Positions 39,396 to 48,942 of a stretch of DNA of 64,000 nucleotides are shown one piece after another. The notes under the pieces are model-generated. The model had not been told where the DNA came from, made no database searches, and was given only the letters and a program-made list of their open reading frames with translations. This DNA is from Oligoflexia bacterium. GTDB taxonomy: Bacteria; Bdellovibrionota; UBA1018. The position numbers were made by a program, and so were the translations under genes. Where the stretch lies: positions 480,001 through 544,000 of the forward strand of contig CAVWVI010000001.1 of assembly GCA_963758495.1 (NCBI GenBank), written 5' to 3'. Numbering within the stretch: position 1 is the first letter of the stretch; each line of letters begins with the position of its first letter.

Positions 39396-41060
39396 TTAAG
39401 GCATTAACTTAGGGAGGACCTCTAACACTTTCTTAAAAGCGCTGAATTTTAAATATTTATGATTTTGAACTAAAAATCTATCTATAGTTTCCCGGTCTAG
39501 AACTAAATCCTGAGAGTTCCTTTCAAACATGAAGCTCACCAAATCATGAGCAACAATAAAAAGCGCCGACAAAGGCGATATTCGAGAATGCGTTATATTT
39601 TTGGGAAACCCACTGCCGTCAGGTCGCTCATGATGCTGCGCAATAATCACATCAACATCAGGGGGAATTTCAGTAAAATGACGCGCAATAGCAGCCGAAA
39701 CCATAGGATGATCACGATAAGCCTCTAATTCCTCTTTAGAAAACTGAGCTTCTTTATCCTTCAATTCCTTAGAAGATTGGATGGTTGCCAGCACATGATT
39801 CGTTAACATAATGTCATGTAGAAAAGATGCAAATATTATTTTTTGATAGGTCGACTCAGAAGTCCACTCCATCTGCACCGCTAAAGCACACCCAATATAA
39901 GCCAACAAAAAACTATGATTTGTTACGTACTTTTCTTTTTCTCTTCGAAACTTTGCGAGTAGAAGCGAAAGCTTAGGGGTGCTTTTAATTGTTTTAACCG
40001 TCATCATAACATTTTTTTTTGTCACGTCCTGAACGGCTTTATTAAAACCAAACCTACGGCTTGCCTCCTGGATCAGCTCCAAATCAGGACCTAGTTCATT
40101 TTCTAATTGCTTGGTTAAAAGAAGACGTATCTTTTCATCTTCTTTAATCTTATTTGCCTCATCTAATTTTCGTTGTGTATCTCGCGCAGTGGCAATTCGG
40201 TCGGCTTCAATTTTTCTAGCGGTATTTTCATTCGTTCGTTCCTGAAGCATGTTAGCTTTATTCTTCTCCACTGTTTCGTCCGGTGTCCTTAAGTTCTTAG
40301 GTGAATTCTTAGGTTCAGTCGAGGTCTCGGAGCGCTTCTTAAGATCAATAACTTCTACCTGTTCAGGTGAGGATTTTTTCTGCTGTTTGGTGGGACTCGA
40401 TCCCCATTCAAGGAGTTGATCCGTTCCCTTCTCCATAGCTACTGTAGGATCTGGTAATATTTTTTCTAAGATCTTAATCGCAAAATCAAGGCAACTTTTT
40501 CTTTTAATATAAAAATGTTCAATTTTCTTTTTTTCTACGTAAGAATTTAAATCTGCAGCAGTAAAATAGTCGTCTTTTTTCATGATCCGAACGTATTTAT
40601 CATCGGACAACTTAACATAAAGATTATCCTTCAGCGGACTAGCAAGTAAAAGAAGATTTGATTTCAACTCACATAAAAATGGTTCTTCCAATGAAATTAC
40701 TTTTTCAGCCTTTTTGAAAGCTTCCTCTACAAGAGACTTCAGAGCAGGAATAATTAAAACATTCCTGCAGATCAGTATTCTTACACTTACATGATTCAGT
40801 ACCGATTTAGGAGCAGGTACTGGGACATTACATAAAAAACAAATATTCATTTTAATAAATAAAGCATGTGAAATGAGTTGTTTTGAAAAATCATTCAAAT
40901 CACCAACAACTATTTCTATTTTTAATTCTTCATTGGATAAGATGGAAATAGCTTGCGATAAAGAAGCAGCCGCATGTACCTCTATACCAAAATGATTCCC
41001 TAAAAAGAACGATATACAATCGATAGCTTCTTGTTTTTCAAAAAGAACCAGAACCTGCAT
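39396..41060 (-). CDS. HD-GYP-like protein with degenerate receiver domain
   Basis: FLHDI, HHERPDGSGFP; N-terminal REC-like segment lacks canonical acidic residues. Confidence 0.85.
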   Translation of the reverse strand: MQVLVLFEKQEAIDCISFFLGNHFGIEVHAAASLSQAISILSNEELKIEIVVGDLNDFSKQLISHALFIKMNICFLCNVPVPAPKSVLNHVSVRILICRNVLIIPALKSLVEEAFKKAEKVISLEEPFLCELKSNLLLLASPLKDNLYVKLSDDKYVRIMKKDDYFTAADLNSYVEKKKIEHFYIKRKSCLDFAIKILEKILPDPTVAMEKGTDQLLEWGSSPTKQQKKSSPEQVEVIDLKKRSETSTEPKNSPKNLRTPDETVEKNKANMLQERTNENTARKIEADRIATARDTQRKLDEANKIKEDEKIRLLLTKQLENELGPDLELIQEASRRFGFNKAVQDVTKKNVMMTVKTIKSTPKLSLLLAKFRREKEKYVTNHSFLLAYIGCALAVQMEWTSESTYQKIIFASFLHDIMLTNHVLATIQSSKELKDKEAQFSKEELEAYRDHPMVSAAIARHFTEIPPDVDVIIAQHHERPDGSGFPKNITHSRISPLSALFIVAHDLVSFMFERNSQDLVLDRETIDRFLVQNHKYLKFSAFKKVLEVLPKLMP

Positions 41061-41212
41061 TTTTTAATTTCGACAAAAACTTGACATCATTCAATTCTTT
41101 TGCCCAATTCTTTTGCCGTCCTTCACTTTTAATCTTAAGCTGTCGCGACATAGTTTGCATATAAAATTTGCAACCGACCTCGGTCGTGCACTTAGTCATA
41201 ATATTATGACTC

Positions 41213-44116
41213 CTACTCACTGACTTTTGATCCCTCAGGACATTGTCCTTGAAACTCACAGACTCGACAGAGAGGACCTGGTTTTGGTTTTCCTGGTGCA
41301 CCATCTATAATATTAATAGAACAATCAACTAAGGCTTTGATATCTATTTTCCCTAAAGGAACAGGAACCGTTTGAACAGTATGGGAGGAAATATTGACCA
41401 AAAGCGGCTCAATCTGATTGAGCTGAATATTCTGATCCAAAGCTGTGAGTGCCCAAGAATAAAGTTCAATTTGAGTTTGATAGGCCTCCAAAAGCACCTC
41501 CACAGATTTAGGTCGACCTGTTACTTTAAAATCAATCAGAAAATAACGAGAAGAACTCCCTTCTGTGACACACACCAATCGATCTATAGAACCGACCAAA
41601 ACCTCACGACCTAAGGGTACTTCAAAATTGAGTTCGGTCCAAACATCTCTTCCTCTTTTAGGATTCGCTGGCGCCATCCACTCGGAACTCAGTGCCCAAC
41701 TCATCACAGGTTCCGCTAAAAACCTTGATGATCCCACTTCTTCTTCTAATGCTTTTAATCCCTCAAAATTCCCATGTTCTAAACACTGATGAACTCTGGA
41801 ACCTAGCTCTTGATGACTGAGTTGGTTCTCTAAAAGCGTGGGAACTTTCTCTCCTGTCAGGAGTCCCGCTTCTGGAGTCCCTTTCACCACAGGGATGGGG
41901 CGAATAAAGGTCCATTCATAGGCGCGAGGACAACGAGAAAGAAGAGTCCACTCAGTTACACTATGACGAGCTCGCATCCACTTTTGACTGGTCGAACCGT
42001 GTCGGGATATCCACTTTTGTTCCAGACTCACGTTTTGAGGTACAGGGGAGGACAACTGAACTCGACTTTCCCTTTTTGCTTGCGGTAATTCAATTCCACA
42101 ACACTCGATCCATGCCCGCCAATGATCTTGATGATATGCGAGGTTGGGTTCAGAGGAACTGAATTCCTTTTTGGATTGTGGGGGCTCAGGAAGTTCGGGA
42201 CAAACGAGTATCAATCGTTCACGAGCACGTGTTAATGCAACGTAAAAAAGCCTTTTACACTCCGCCAAGTTTTTTTTCTTCTCGATTTCTCGCCAATTTG
42301 CCTCAACGGGGTGATCTTTTTCTCTTTCCCCATGATTGTCTCGAGTTCCTAAATATGCGCCCTGAGTCCGATCCCAAAAAAGCAAAGGACTATCAGAGGC
42401 TCTTCCTTTGGCACCCAGATCAATTAAAATCACATGGGGAAACTCGAGCCCTTTGGAACCATGAAGAGTGAGAATAGAAAGCTGACCTAGATTTCGAGGA
42501 GCAGGGACTTCTCTTTCTCGTCGATTTTCTTGAATTGCATTTGAGAGAGAAATCACCACTCCATGAAAGTCAAGACCTCGTGAAGATAACTCCTCTGCTC
42601 GATGCCACAGGCCTAAAAGAGGAGCTCCTAGCTCATCTTCTATTTGTTGATTCATCAATAAAGCCATCAACAATTCGCCTGGTCGAACAACACGATTCAT
42701 AAATAATTTGAGTTGTTGTGCCATCGGATGATCAGAAGAAAAGAACGAACTCCGCCAAGTAGGATCTTCTTTTATCCAACGATCTAAATCAAGATCAGAT
42801 ATCCCCATCCAGGGAGCCCGTAAAAAAACTGCACCCGAGAGGGCATTTCCTGGATTATCCCACCATTTTAAAAATGCTACCAGTTCGCGAACTCGAGGCT
42901 CTTCCCAAAATAGACCTCCACTGCCAATTGCAATCGGAATACCAGAAGCAGTGAGTGCCTTAAACCATTTCTCATTGCCTCGAATCTTTCGAACCAAGAG
43001 CGCCATATCATGAAGAGGAACTCCTCGAGCCACTTCTTGCTGAATCCAGGTTCCTAATTCAACAGGATTTTGCACATCCAGTCGAATCACGGTCTCTTGT
43101 TCCGGCATTTGTTCACGCTTTGGAACAAGTGCCTCAAATTTCATCTCTGAGGCAAGGAAAGCCTTCTCACAAAGTTGGTTAGCAAATTGAATAATTCCAG
43201 AAAGACTTCTAAAATTCCACGTGAGAGATTGTTGAATAGGTAATCGAGAACAATATTCCTCAAATACGCTCACATCTGCATCTCTAAAACGGTAGATGGA
43301 TTGTTTTGGATCTCCAACTACACACAGATTAGAAGCATCCGCGCGCGCCAATCTCCAGATAATTTTAGCTTGGAGTGGATTTGTATCTTGAAATTCATCT
43401 ACCAAAATCAATTCAAATCGGCGTTGATAGGCTTCACTCACCTCCCGACTTTCCAATGCTCGGTCAGCGCCTCGCTCAAGGTCATTAAAATCTATTGAAC
43501 CTTGTCTTCGTTTGAGTCGAGTGTAACGCTCCATCACATAGCCCGCAACGGATTGGAGAGCTTGAGCGCTAGGATCTTCTGAAGACCTTAAAGAACTGAG
43601 CACATCAAATGAAAAGAGTTCCCGAATCCGTTTGAGTAGTCCCGCAAGAGCATCACGTGATTCACGGTTTAATAAACTCTCAAGATGAACTCTGATTGCA
43701 TCAGGAAGATCTTCCAACCAAATCGCATCAATCGCACGTTCCCAGAGTAATTGAGCATCCGCATCAGCCAGTACCGTTTCCTCACCATCAAACCCAGCTT
43801 CTCGCGGATACTCCCGAATAATTGCGCCGCATAATCCATGGATGGTCATTACCCAATGCTGATGTAATGCACCTGGCTCTTCTAATTTAAAGAGTGCCTG
43901 AGAGAGTTTCGCGCGAAGATCACTAGCCGATCGTTCAGTAAATGACACGGCGGCAAATCGTGCTTTCGAATTCAATTGTACGAGCCTTGCACATTTGGCA
44001 ACCAGCGTTGTAGTTTTCCCAGAGCCTGCGCCTGCTAATACAGCCATGCCCTTTCCCCAGGTTTCAATGACTCTTTGTTGCTCAGGGGATAAAGACGTTT
44101 TCTGTTCTTCACTCAC
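41213..44116 (-). CDS. addA: AddA-like UvrD helicase/RecB-family nuclease
   Basis: AGAGSGKT, TIHG, VDEFQDTN, GDPKQSIYRFR, YVALTRAR, GSIDR..IDFK; GTG start 44116 overlaps the addB stop. Confidence 0.9.
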   Translation of the reverse strand: MSEEQKTSLSPEQQRVIETWGKGMAVLAGAGSGKTTTLVAKCARLVQLNSKARFAAVSFTERSASDLRAKLSQALFKLEEPGALHQHWVMTIHGLCGAIIREYPREAGFDGEETVLADADAQLLWERAIDAIWLEDLPDAIRVHLESLLNRESRDALAGLLKRIRELFSFDVLSSLRSSEDPSAQALQSVAGYVMERYTRLKRRQGSIDFNDLERGADRALESREVSEAYQRRFELILVDEFQDTNPLQAKIIWRLARADASNLCVVGDPKQSIYRFRDADVSVFEEYCSRLPIQQSLTWNFRSLSGIIQFANQLCEKAFLASEMKFEALVPKREQMPEQETVIRLDVQNPVELGTWIQQEVARGVPLHDMALLVRKIRGNEKWFKALTASGIPIAIGSGGLFWEEPRVRELVAFLKWWDNPGNALSGAVFLRAPWMGISDLDLDRWIKEDPTWRSSFFSSDHPMAQQLKLFMNRVVRPGELLMALLMNQQIEDELGAPLLGLWHRAEELSSRGLDFHGVVISLSNAIQENRREREVPAPRNLGQLSILTLHGSKGLEFPHVILIDLGAKGRASDSPLLFWDRTQGAYLGTRDNHGEREKDHPVEANWREIEKKKNLAECKRLFYVALTRARERLILVCPELPEPPQSKKEFSSSEPNLAYHQDHWRAWIECCGIELPQAKRESRVQLSSPVPQNVSLEQKWISRHGSTSQKWMRARHSVTEWTLLSRCPRAYEWTFIRPIPVVKGTPEAGLLTGEKVPTLLENQLSHQELGSRVHQCLEHGNFEGLKALEEEVGSSRFLAEPVMSWALSSEWMAPANPKRGRDVWTELNFEVPLGREVLVGSIDRLVCVTEGSSSRYFLIDFKVTGRPKSVEVLLEAYQTQIELYSWALTALDQNIQLNQIEPLLVNISSHTVQTVPVPLGKIDIKALVDCSINIIDGAPGKPKPGPLCRVCEFQGQCPEGSKVSE

Positions 44117-46823
44117 CGGAACCCTCACCCTCTGTACCGGATTCTACTAATCTACGCAGTCCACACAAATCTGCCACACTACATCGAGCGCATTCTTTTT
44201 CACGCTTTGTAATTCTGGGTCGCGCTTCAAACTGTCCTTTTATAAATCCCTGTGCATTCTGAATGAGCTGTTCCTCTAATTTTTCCCAAACTTCTTCTGG
44301 AGGAAGATGAATTAAACTTTTTGAGTTGGACCTGACATTTGTTAGTTTGCCAGCGTCTTTGCCATTATGCTCTTTAAAGAATATGCCACTTTTTCGGCTC
44401 CCCTTACGATCAAGCTCAATAAACTGAACCCCTAAAGTAGGTTCATTCGTTTTCTTTCTCACTGCCACCGCATAAAATGGTAATTGAAGCCTATAGCCTT
44501 GCTCAATCATCTCACTCCCATGCGGAACAGTGCCTGAGCTCTTATAATCAATGATAAATAAACCATCTTGATGTCGGTCAATTCGATCCGGCTGACCCAC
44601 GATTGAAAATTCAGGATACTGAATCCGAAGGTGAATATCATCTAAACTCACAGGAGTTGCTCCAGACTGTGCGAGGTACTTACGTTCCTTTTCGCAAAAT
44701 ATTTCAAGAAGGATACACATTCTAGATTTTACATAGTGTTCAACACGTGTACTTTTAATTAAGCCCTTTGGACGTTTACGCTTCCAAGCTCTTTCCAAGG
44801 CTTCTAGGGGAGTTAAATCAAATCCACCGCCGGCATTCCTAGATTCTAATAGCAATCGAACAGATTCATGAAGGATATTTCCACGAACATCAGGCCATAA
44901 TTCTGAATCAGGTTCTCGAATATCTCTCAAATTCCAGCGGTGAAATGCCAAAGCTTGGAATGGGCACCTACTATATCTATCAATAGAGGTTGCCGTCAGC
45001 TCAGGGATTTCAACTCCTCGATATTCTTTTAAAGGCGACAATTGAATGACTTGAGGTTGAATGGGCCTAATTGCTTGATAGCTTTTTAAAAAGCGAGGAT
45101 GAGATCCCATTTCAATGGGTATTTCTGAAACTCCTTGGGGAAAGGTTTGTTTTAAATTCAATTCTAATTCTTTTAAAATAGGAAGAATAGATTCCCGTTC
45201 CCGACCTTCGGTATCATACTGGGAATCGAGTATAACCACTTTCTCTGCACCGGAAATCCATGATTTTAAAACATGGATTCTTTCTTCACGAACCTGAACA
45301 GAAGATCTTACAGCAAATTCAATTGCTAAAATTTCTCGCTCTCTTTCATTAAACCAATAGCTTCTCGTCCCCTCTCCATCAAACCAACGAGAAGGCAACC
45401 CAAAGATCCATACTTTAGATGCAGCCATTACAGGAGCTTGTTGCAATCGATAGAGACGAATCCCTGTACGTGGTTTGAGCCGTTCCACAGGAGGAGAAGC
45501 TTCACCCAATCGATCTTGAAGTCTTTCGAGCCAAAATAATAAAGGAGCTTTTTTTTCAGATTGCTCGATTCGAGTCAGATCCGATTCAAATGCTTTCCAA
45601 GTCTGTTCTAAAAAGGAAATAAGCCAAAGATTTGAATCCACGTTCGAACCCATATTCGAACGAAGAAACTTCAGATGAGCCTCCGACAATTCCGCGCAAG
45701 TCCTTCTTCCTCCCAATTCAGCCTCTAATTCTGACAATCGAGAATGAACACCTTGAAGCATACCTCCTGTATAGGAGGACAGCCCATGGCGAATTCCACG
45801 CACATTGATTTCATTCACCCATGCAGGAAATTCAGCCTGCATTTGATATCCCCTCAACCAAGAAATCACTTTTTGTCTTTCAAAGTTTCGCCCTACAACT
45901 TCAAGAGGAAGCAATGCCCATTTCAAAGCCTCATCCCAGCGTAATCGAGTCGGATCGCGAGGATCTGCAAGTGGAAGCCCTCTGGATTCTAACGCTCTCC
46001 TTAAACTCCGTCGTACAGAAGGAACATCCGGAATCAGGATCGCATGATCATCCCAATTTGTATCAGTGGGGCTTAATTCTATCTGATCAGCCAAATATTC
46101 TGAAGCATCTTCTAAAGTGTGCCACTTCTGCCATTCTAAACTGGGTTGATTACTCCAAGAATCACACAAAGAATGTATAAACCGAATCTCAACATGTTGG
46201 CCCAAAACCTCCCAAAACTCTCGCTCTAAACTTTCTGGCTTTTGTACTGATAATGAAAACACCTCTTGAGGCATTGAAAGATAACTGGGCCATCCTTCTC
46301 GAAGTACTTCTGTAGCTTTCCTCATTAAAACAGGAAGATCCATACTAGAAGTTGCCTCTAACCAAGCCTCATAGGCTAGAGTGAGTATTTGTAATTCTTT
46401 TCTCAAAGGGTTCTCACCCAAGCTTTGTGAAAGACGATCCTGATAAACTTCTTCTTCTTGTGAATGAGCGAAAGCTAATCTTCCAGCTTGGATCGCCAAA
46501 TCTAATCGCCTTATAAAATCTCTTTGACGCCTAATACGCTTTAACTCATGCAGATCAGCAATAATTTTTGGCTCAGCTAGAAGCATTTTCAGAATTTCTT
46601 GACGAGCAGAAGTGCTCAACATGCGACTACTGGAAATTTGGATAATATTGAGACAAATCTCTTGAAGGGTGACAATGGCTTCGCTCGTAAATCCAAGTCC
46701 TTGAGATAGAATTAAAGCCTTGATATCTTCACGAGCAAAACCTGACCCCACACAAAGCCAACCGCTTGGCCGAAGTCCACTCATCCTTTTAAAAGGAATC
46801 ACGTATTGAGAAGATAATTCCAT
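44109..46823 (-). CDS. addB: AddB-like PD-(D/E)XK nuclease subunit
   Basis: RCPF, GQPDRID..IIDYKS, QLPFY, CARC..C; coupled to addA. Confidence 0.85.
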   Translation of the reverse strand: MELSSQYVIPFKRMSGLRPSGWLCVGSGFAREDIKALILSQGLGFTSEAIVTLQEICLNIIQISSSRMLSTSARQEILKMLLAEPKIIADLHELKRIRRQRDFIRRLDLAIQAGRLAFAHSQEEEVYQDRLSQSLGENPLRKELQILTLAYEAWLEATSSMDLPVLMRKATEVLREGWPSYLSMPQEVFSLSVQKPESLEREFWEVLGQHVEIRFIHSLCDSWSNQPSLEWQKWHTLEDASEYLADQIELSPTDTNWDDHAILIPDVPSVRRSLRRALESRGLPLADPRDPTRLRWDEALKWALLPLEVVGRNFERQKVISWLRGYQMQAEFPAWVNEINVRGIRHGLSSYTGGMLQGVHSRLSELEAELGGRRTCAELSEAHLKFLRSNMGSNVDSNLWLISFLEQTWKAFESDLTRIEQSEKKAPLLFWLERLQDRLGEASPPVERLKPRTGIRLYRLQQAPVMAASKVWIFGLPSRWFDGEGTRSYWFNEREREILAIEFAVRSSVQVREERIHVLKSWISGAEKVVILDSQYDTEGRERESILPILKELELNLKQTFPQGVSEIPIEMGSHPRFLKSYQAIRPIQPQVIQLSPLKEYRGVEIPELTATSIDRYSRCPFQALAFHRWNLRDIREPDSELWPDVRGNILHESVRLLLESRNAGGGFDLTPLEALERAWKRKRPKGLIKSTRVEHYVKSRMCILLEIFCEKERKYLAQSGATPVSLDDIHLRIQYPEFSIVGQPDRIDRHQDGLFIIDYKSSGTVPHGSEMIEQGYRLQLPFYAVAVRKKTNEPTLGVQFIELDRKGSRKSGIFFKEHNGKDAGKLTNVRSNSKSLIHLPPEEVWEKLEEQLIQNAQGFIKGQFEARPRITKREKECARCSVADLCGLRRLVESGTEGEGSGE

Positions 46824-46832
46824 AGGTACTTT

Positions 46833-47861
46833 TTAATATTTTAAAACGACCTTTTCTTTGTCATCGTATAAAATAACTTCTGAACCCTTTTTTGAGCGAG
46901 ACTTAACAACTTCTCCCAGTATCCAAGCTTTTTCACCTGCTCGCTTGAGTTTCTTCAAGACTCGCGAAGAATTTTTGGAAGATACGACTACCACCATGCC
47001 AATTCCTAAATTAAATGTCTGAGCCAATTCCTCAAGCGGAAGATGAGATAGATTTTTAATCCACTTAAATATACTAGGTCGCTCTGAAAGAGTCGGTAAA
47101 TGGATTTCATAACTGACTTGATCTGACATCCTAGGAACATTTAAAAAACCAGAACCCGTGATATGAGCAAGGCCTTTGACCCATTTCTTTTCAAGGAGAG
47201 GCTGAATTGCAGACACATAAATTCGAGTGGGAGTTAAAAGCTCCTTTGCTATCTGTTTACCTTCTGTGCCTTGAGGTAAAAGTTTTCTGAGAAGACTAAA
47301 TCCGTTGCTATGACAACCACTGGAGCCAATCCCGATAATTTGATCACCAGGACGAATGTTTTTTTTCGGAAGCACATTCTTGGGATTCACTAATCCCACC
47401 GCGAACCCTGCTAAGTCATACTCTCCGGCTCCATAAAAGTCCGGCATTTCAGCAGTCTCGCCCCCTACTAACGCACAGCCTGCCTGCCTACAGCCATTCA
47501 CAATTCCTTCTAAAACTTGCTCTGCCACTCCTATTTCCAATTGACCCGTGGCAAAATAGTCCAAAAAGAAAAGGGGCTCTGCGCCTACGCACAATAAATC
47601 GTTTACAGACATGGCTACCAAATCAATCCCTACGGTACGATGTTCATTTAAACTAAACGCCAGTTTTAATTTGGTTCCAACACCATCGGTAGACGCCGCA
47701 AGCCACCTTTTCTTATCTAATTCAAAAAGCGATGCATATCCGCCCACCGCAGCTTTAACACGTGGGTTAAGCGTGGATTTTGACAAAATTGCAATTTTTT
47801 CAACAAATCGATCGGCTCTCTGACGATCAACACCTGATTCGACATAACTGAGGGATGCCAT
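46833..47861 (-). CDS. purM: Phosphoribosylformylglycinamidine cyclo-ligase
   Basis: TDGVGTK, GIDLVAMSVND, GGETAEMP, HITGSG, TFNLGIG. Confidence 0.98.
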   Translation of the reverse strand: MASLSYVESGVDRQRADRFVEKIAILSKSTLNPRVKAAVGGYASLFELDKKRWLAASTDGVGTKLKLAFSLNEHRTVGIDLVAMSVNDLLCVGAEPLFFLDYFATGQLEIGVAEQVLEGIVNGCRQAGCALVGGETAEMPDFYGAGEYDLAGFAVGLVNPKNVLPKKNIRPGDQIIGIGSSGCHSNGFSLLRKLLPQGTEGKQIAKELLTPTRIYVSAIQPLLEKKWVKGLAHITGSGFLNVPRMSDQVSYEIHLPTLSERPSIFKWIKNLSHLPLEELAQTFNLGIGMVVVVSSKNSSRVLKKLKRAGEKAWILGEVVKSRSKKGSEVILYDDKEKVVLKY

Positions 47862-47914
47862 GGGTAAAGGTTCTAGCGGATTAGATCCTTTGACTCAATC
47901 AATCTTTTGCGAAT

Positions 47915-48796
47915 TCACTCTATTCTTTCAAGGTTAAATTTCATTGCATGAGAAATAAACTCTTTAGAGCATAGAGAGACTAATTTTCCAACATCTGAGC
48001 CGGCATGTTCTTTTAATAGTCTCTTCGCCCACTGCCACGCCCAGACATAATGACTAAATGCTGGCATGTTTTTGCCATAATTTTTAGGATTATAAAGACG
48101 CCCATAGTCTCCATCAATATGGGCAATTTCTTCTTTTATTCGACGATCCATTGCTGGCCCATGCTCAAGTACTTGGGCTAAGCTTTCTTGGGTTTGATAA
48201 GCATAATTCCAAGGAGGCTCCCCTGGCACTAAAATCTCAGAAATAACACAACTGAAACCTTCCCCCATCAAATGCTCAATCACCGGGAGGTTTTGTGTAA
48301 ATTCATCGTGGGTCATTTGCGGACTCAAACCAAAGCCTCGCCAAACTTCCTCTCTGGACTCGCGCACGACATGGGTCAATTCATGAGAAATCAGAATATC
48401 TAAGTAGGCTCCCCTTCCATGACTCTCATCTACTCCTAGGAATACACGATGATGACCTCGATCAAATCGGGCGTAACCATCCATGCATGTAAATGCACCA
48501 AAGAGTACAACTTCACCCGAAAGAGACAAACCAAATAATCGCTCGATGTTTCTAATTTGAGTTTTTACGCGTTCTTCTTCCCTTTTCGGATCTAAGGCCA
48601 AAACTTCTTTACGATAGAGGTCCCAATTTAAGTCTTCCAAGACCGAGTAAAAATCAGACCCCTTGTCATCTACAAGCACCCCAATGAGGTTGGAGTTCGG
48701 CTCATAGTAAGATTCAAGAAAATCCTGTCGCGCAGGCTTTTTATCCCAACGTTCCATACAGTCTAAAAGCAACGGAAGAAGATTATATATTTTCAT
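47915..48796 (-). CDS. Putative Zn-dependent peptidase (HExxH, DUF2268-like)
   Basis: SHELTH with downstream GEGF. Confidence 0.6.
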   Translation of the reverse strand: MKIYNLLPLLLDCMERWDKKPARQDFLESYYEPNSNLIGVLVDDKGSDFYSVLEDLNWDLYRKEVLALDPKREEERVKTQIRNIERLFGLSLSGEVVLFGAFTCMDGYARFDRGHHRVFLGVDESHGRGAYLDILISHELTHVVRESREEVWRGFGLSPQMTHDEFTQNLPVIEHLMGEGFSCVISEILVPGEPPWNYAYQTQESLAQVLEHGPAMDRRIKEEIAHIDGDYGRLYNPKNYGKNMPAFSHYVWAWQWAKRLLKEHAGSDVGKLVSLCSKEFISHAMKFNLERIE

Positions 48797-48818
48797 GATA
48801 ATCTCATCATTTTTTGAT

Positions 48819-48845
48819 TTATCGGCAGAAAATAGAAATACTTTA
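48819..48845 (-). promoter_or_regulatory. sigma-28 (FliA) promoter, exact consensus
   Basis: TAAAGTATTTCTATTTTCTGCCGATAA = TAAA-N15-GCCGATAA, 23 nt upstream of ATG 48796. Confidence 0.8.
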
Positions 48846-48888
48846 GGATTTTATCTCCAAACTTTTTTATCTCAATCTCAAACTCCCA

Positions 48889-48915
48889 TCAAGCTATATA
48901 TAAAAATACCGATCA
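48889..48915 (+). promoter_or_regulatory. sigma-28-like promoter of the secreted-protein pair
   Basis: TCAA(G)-N15-ACCGATCA. Confidence 0.55.
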
Positions 48916-48942
48916 GTCAGCGAAGAAGACTGGGGATCGACA

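Noticed and set aside
41213..46823. Defence helicase-nuclease or Cas4 system
   Set aside because: Gene order, sizes and location next to purM fit housekeeping AddAB.
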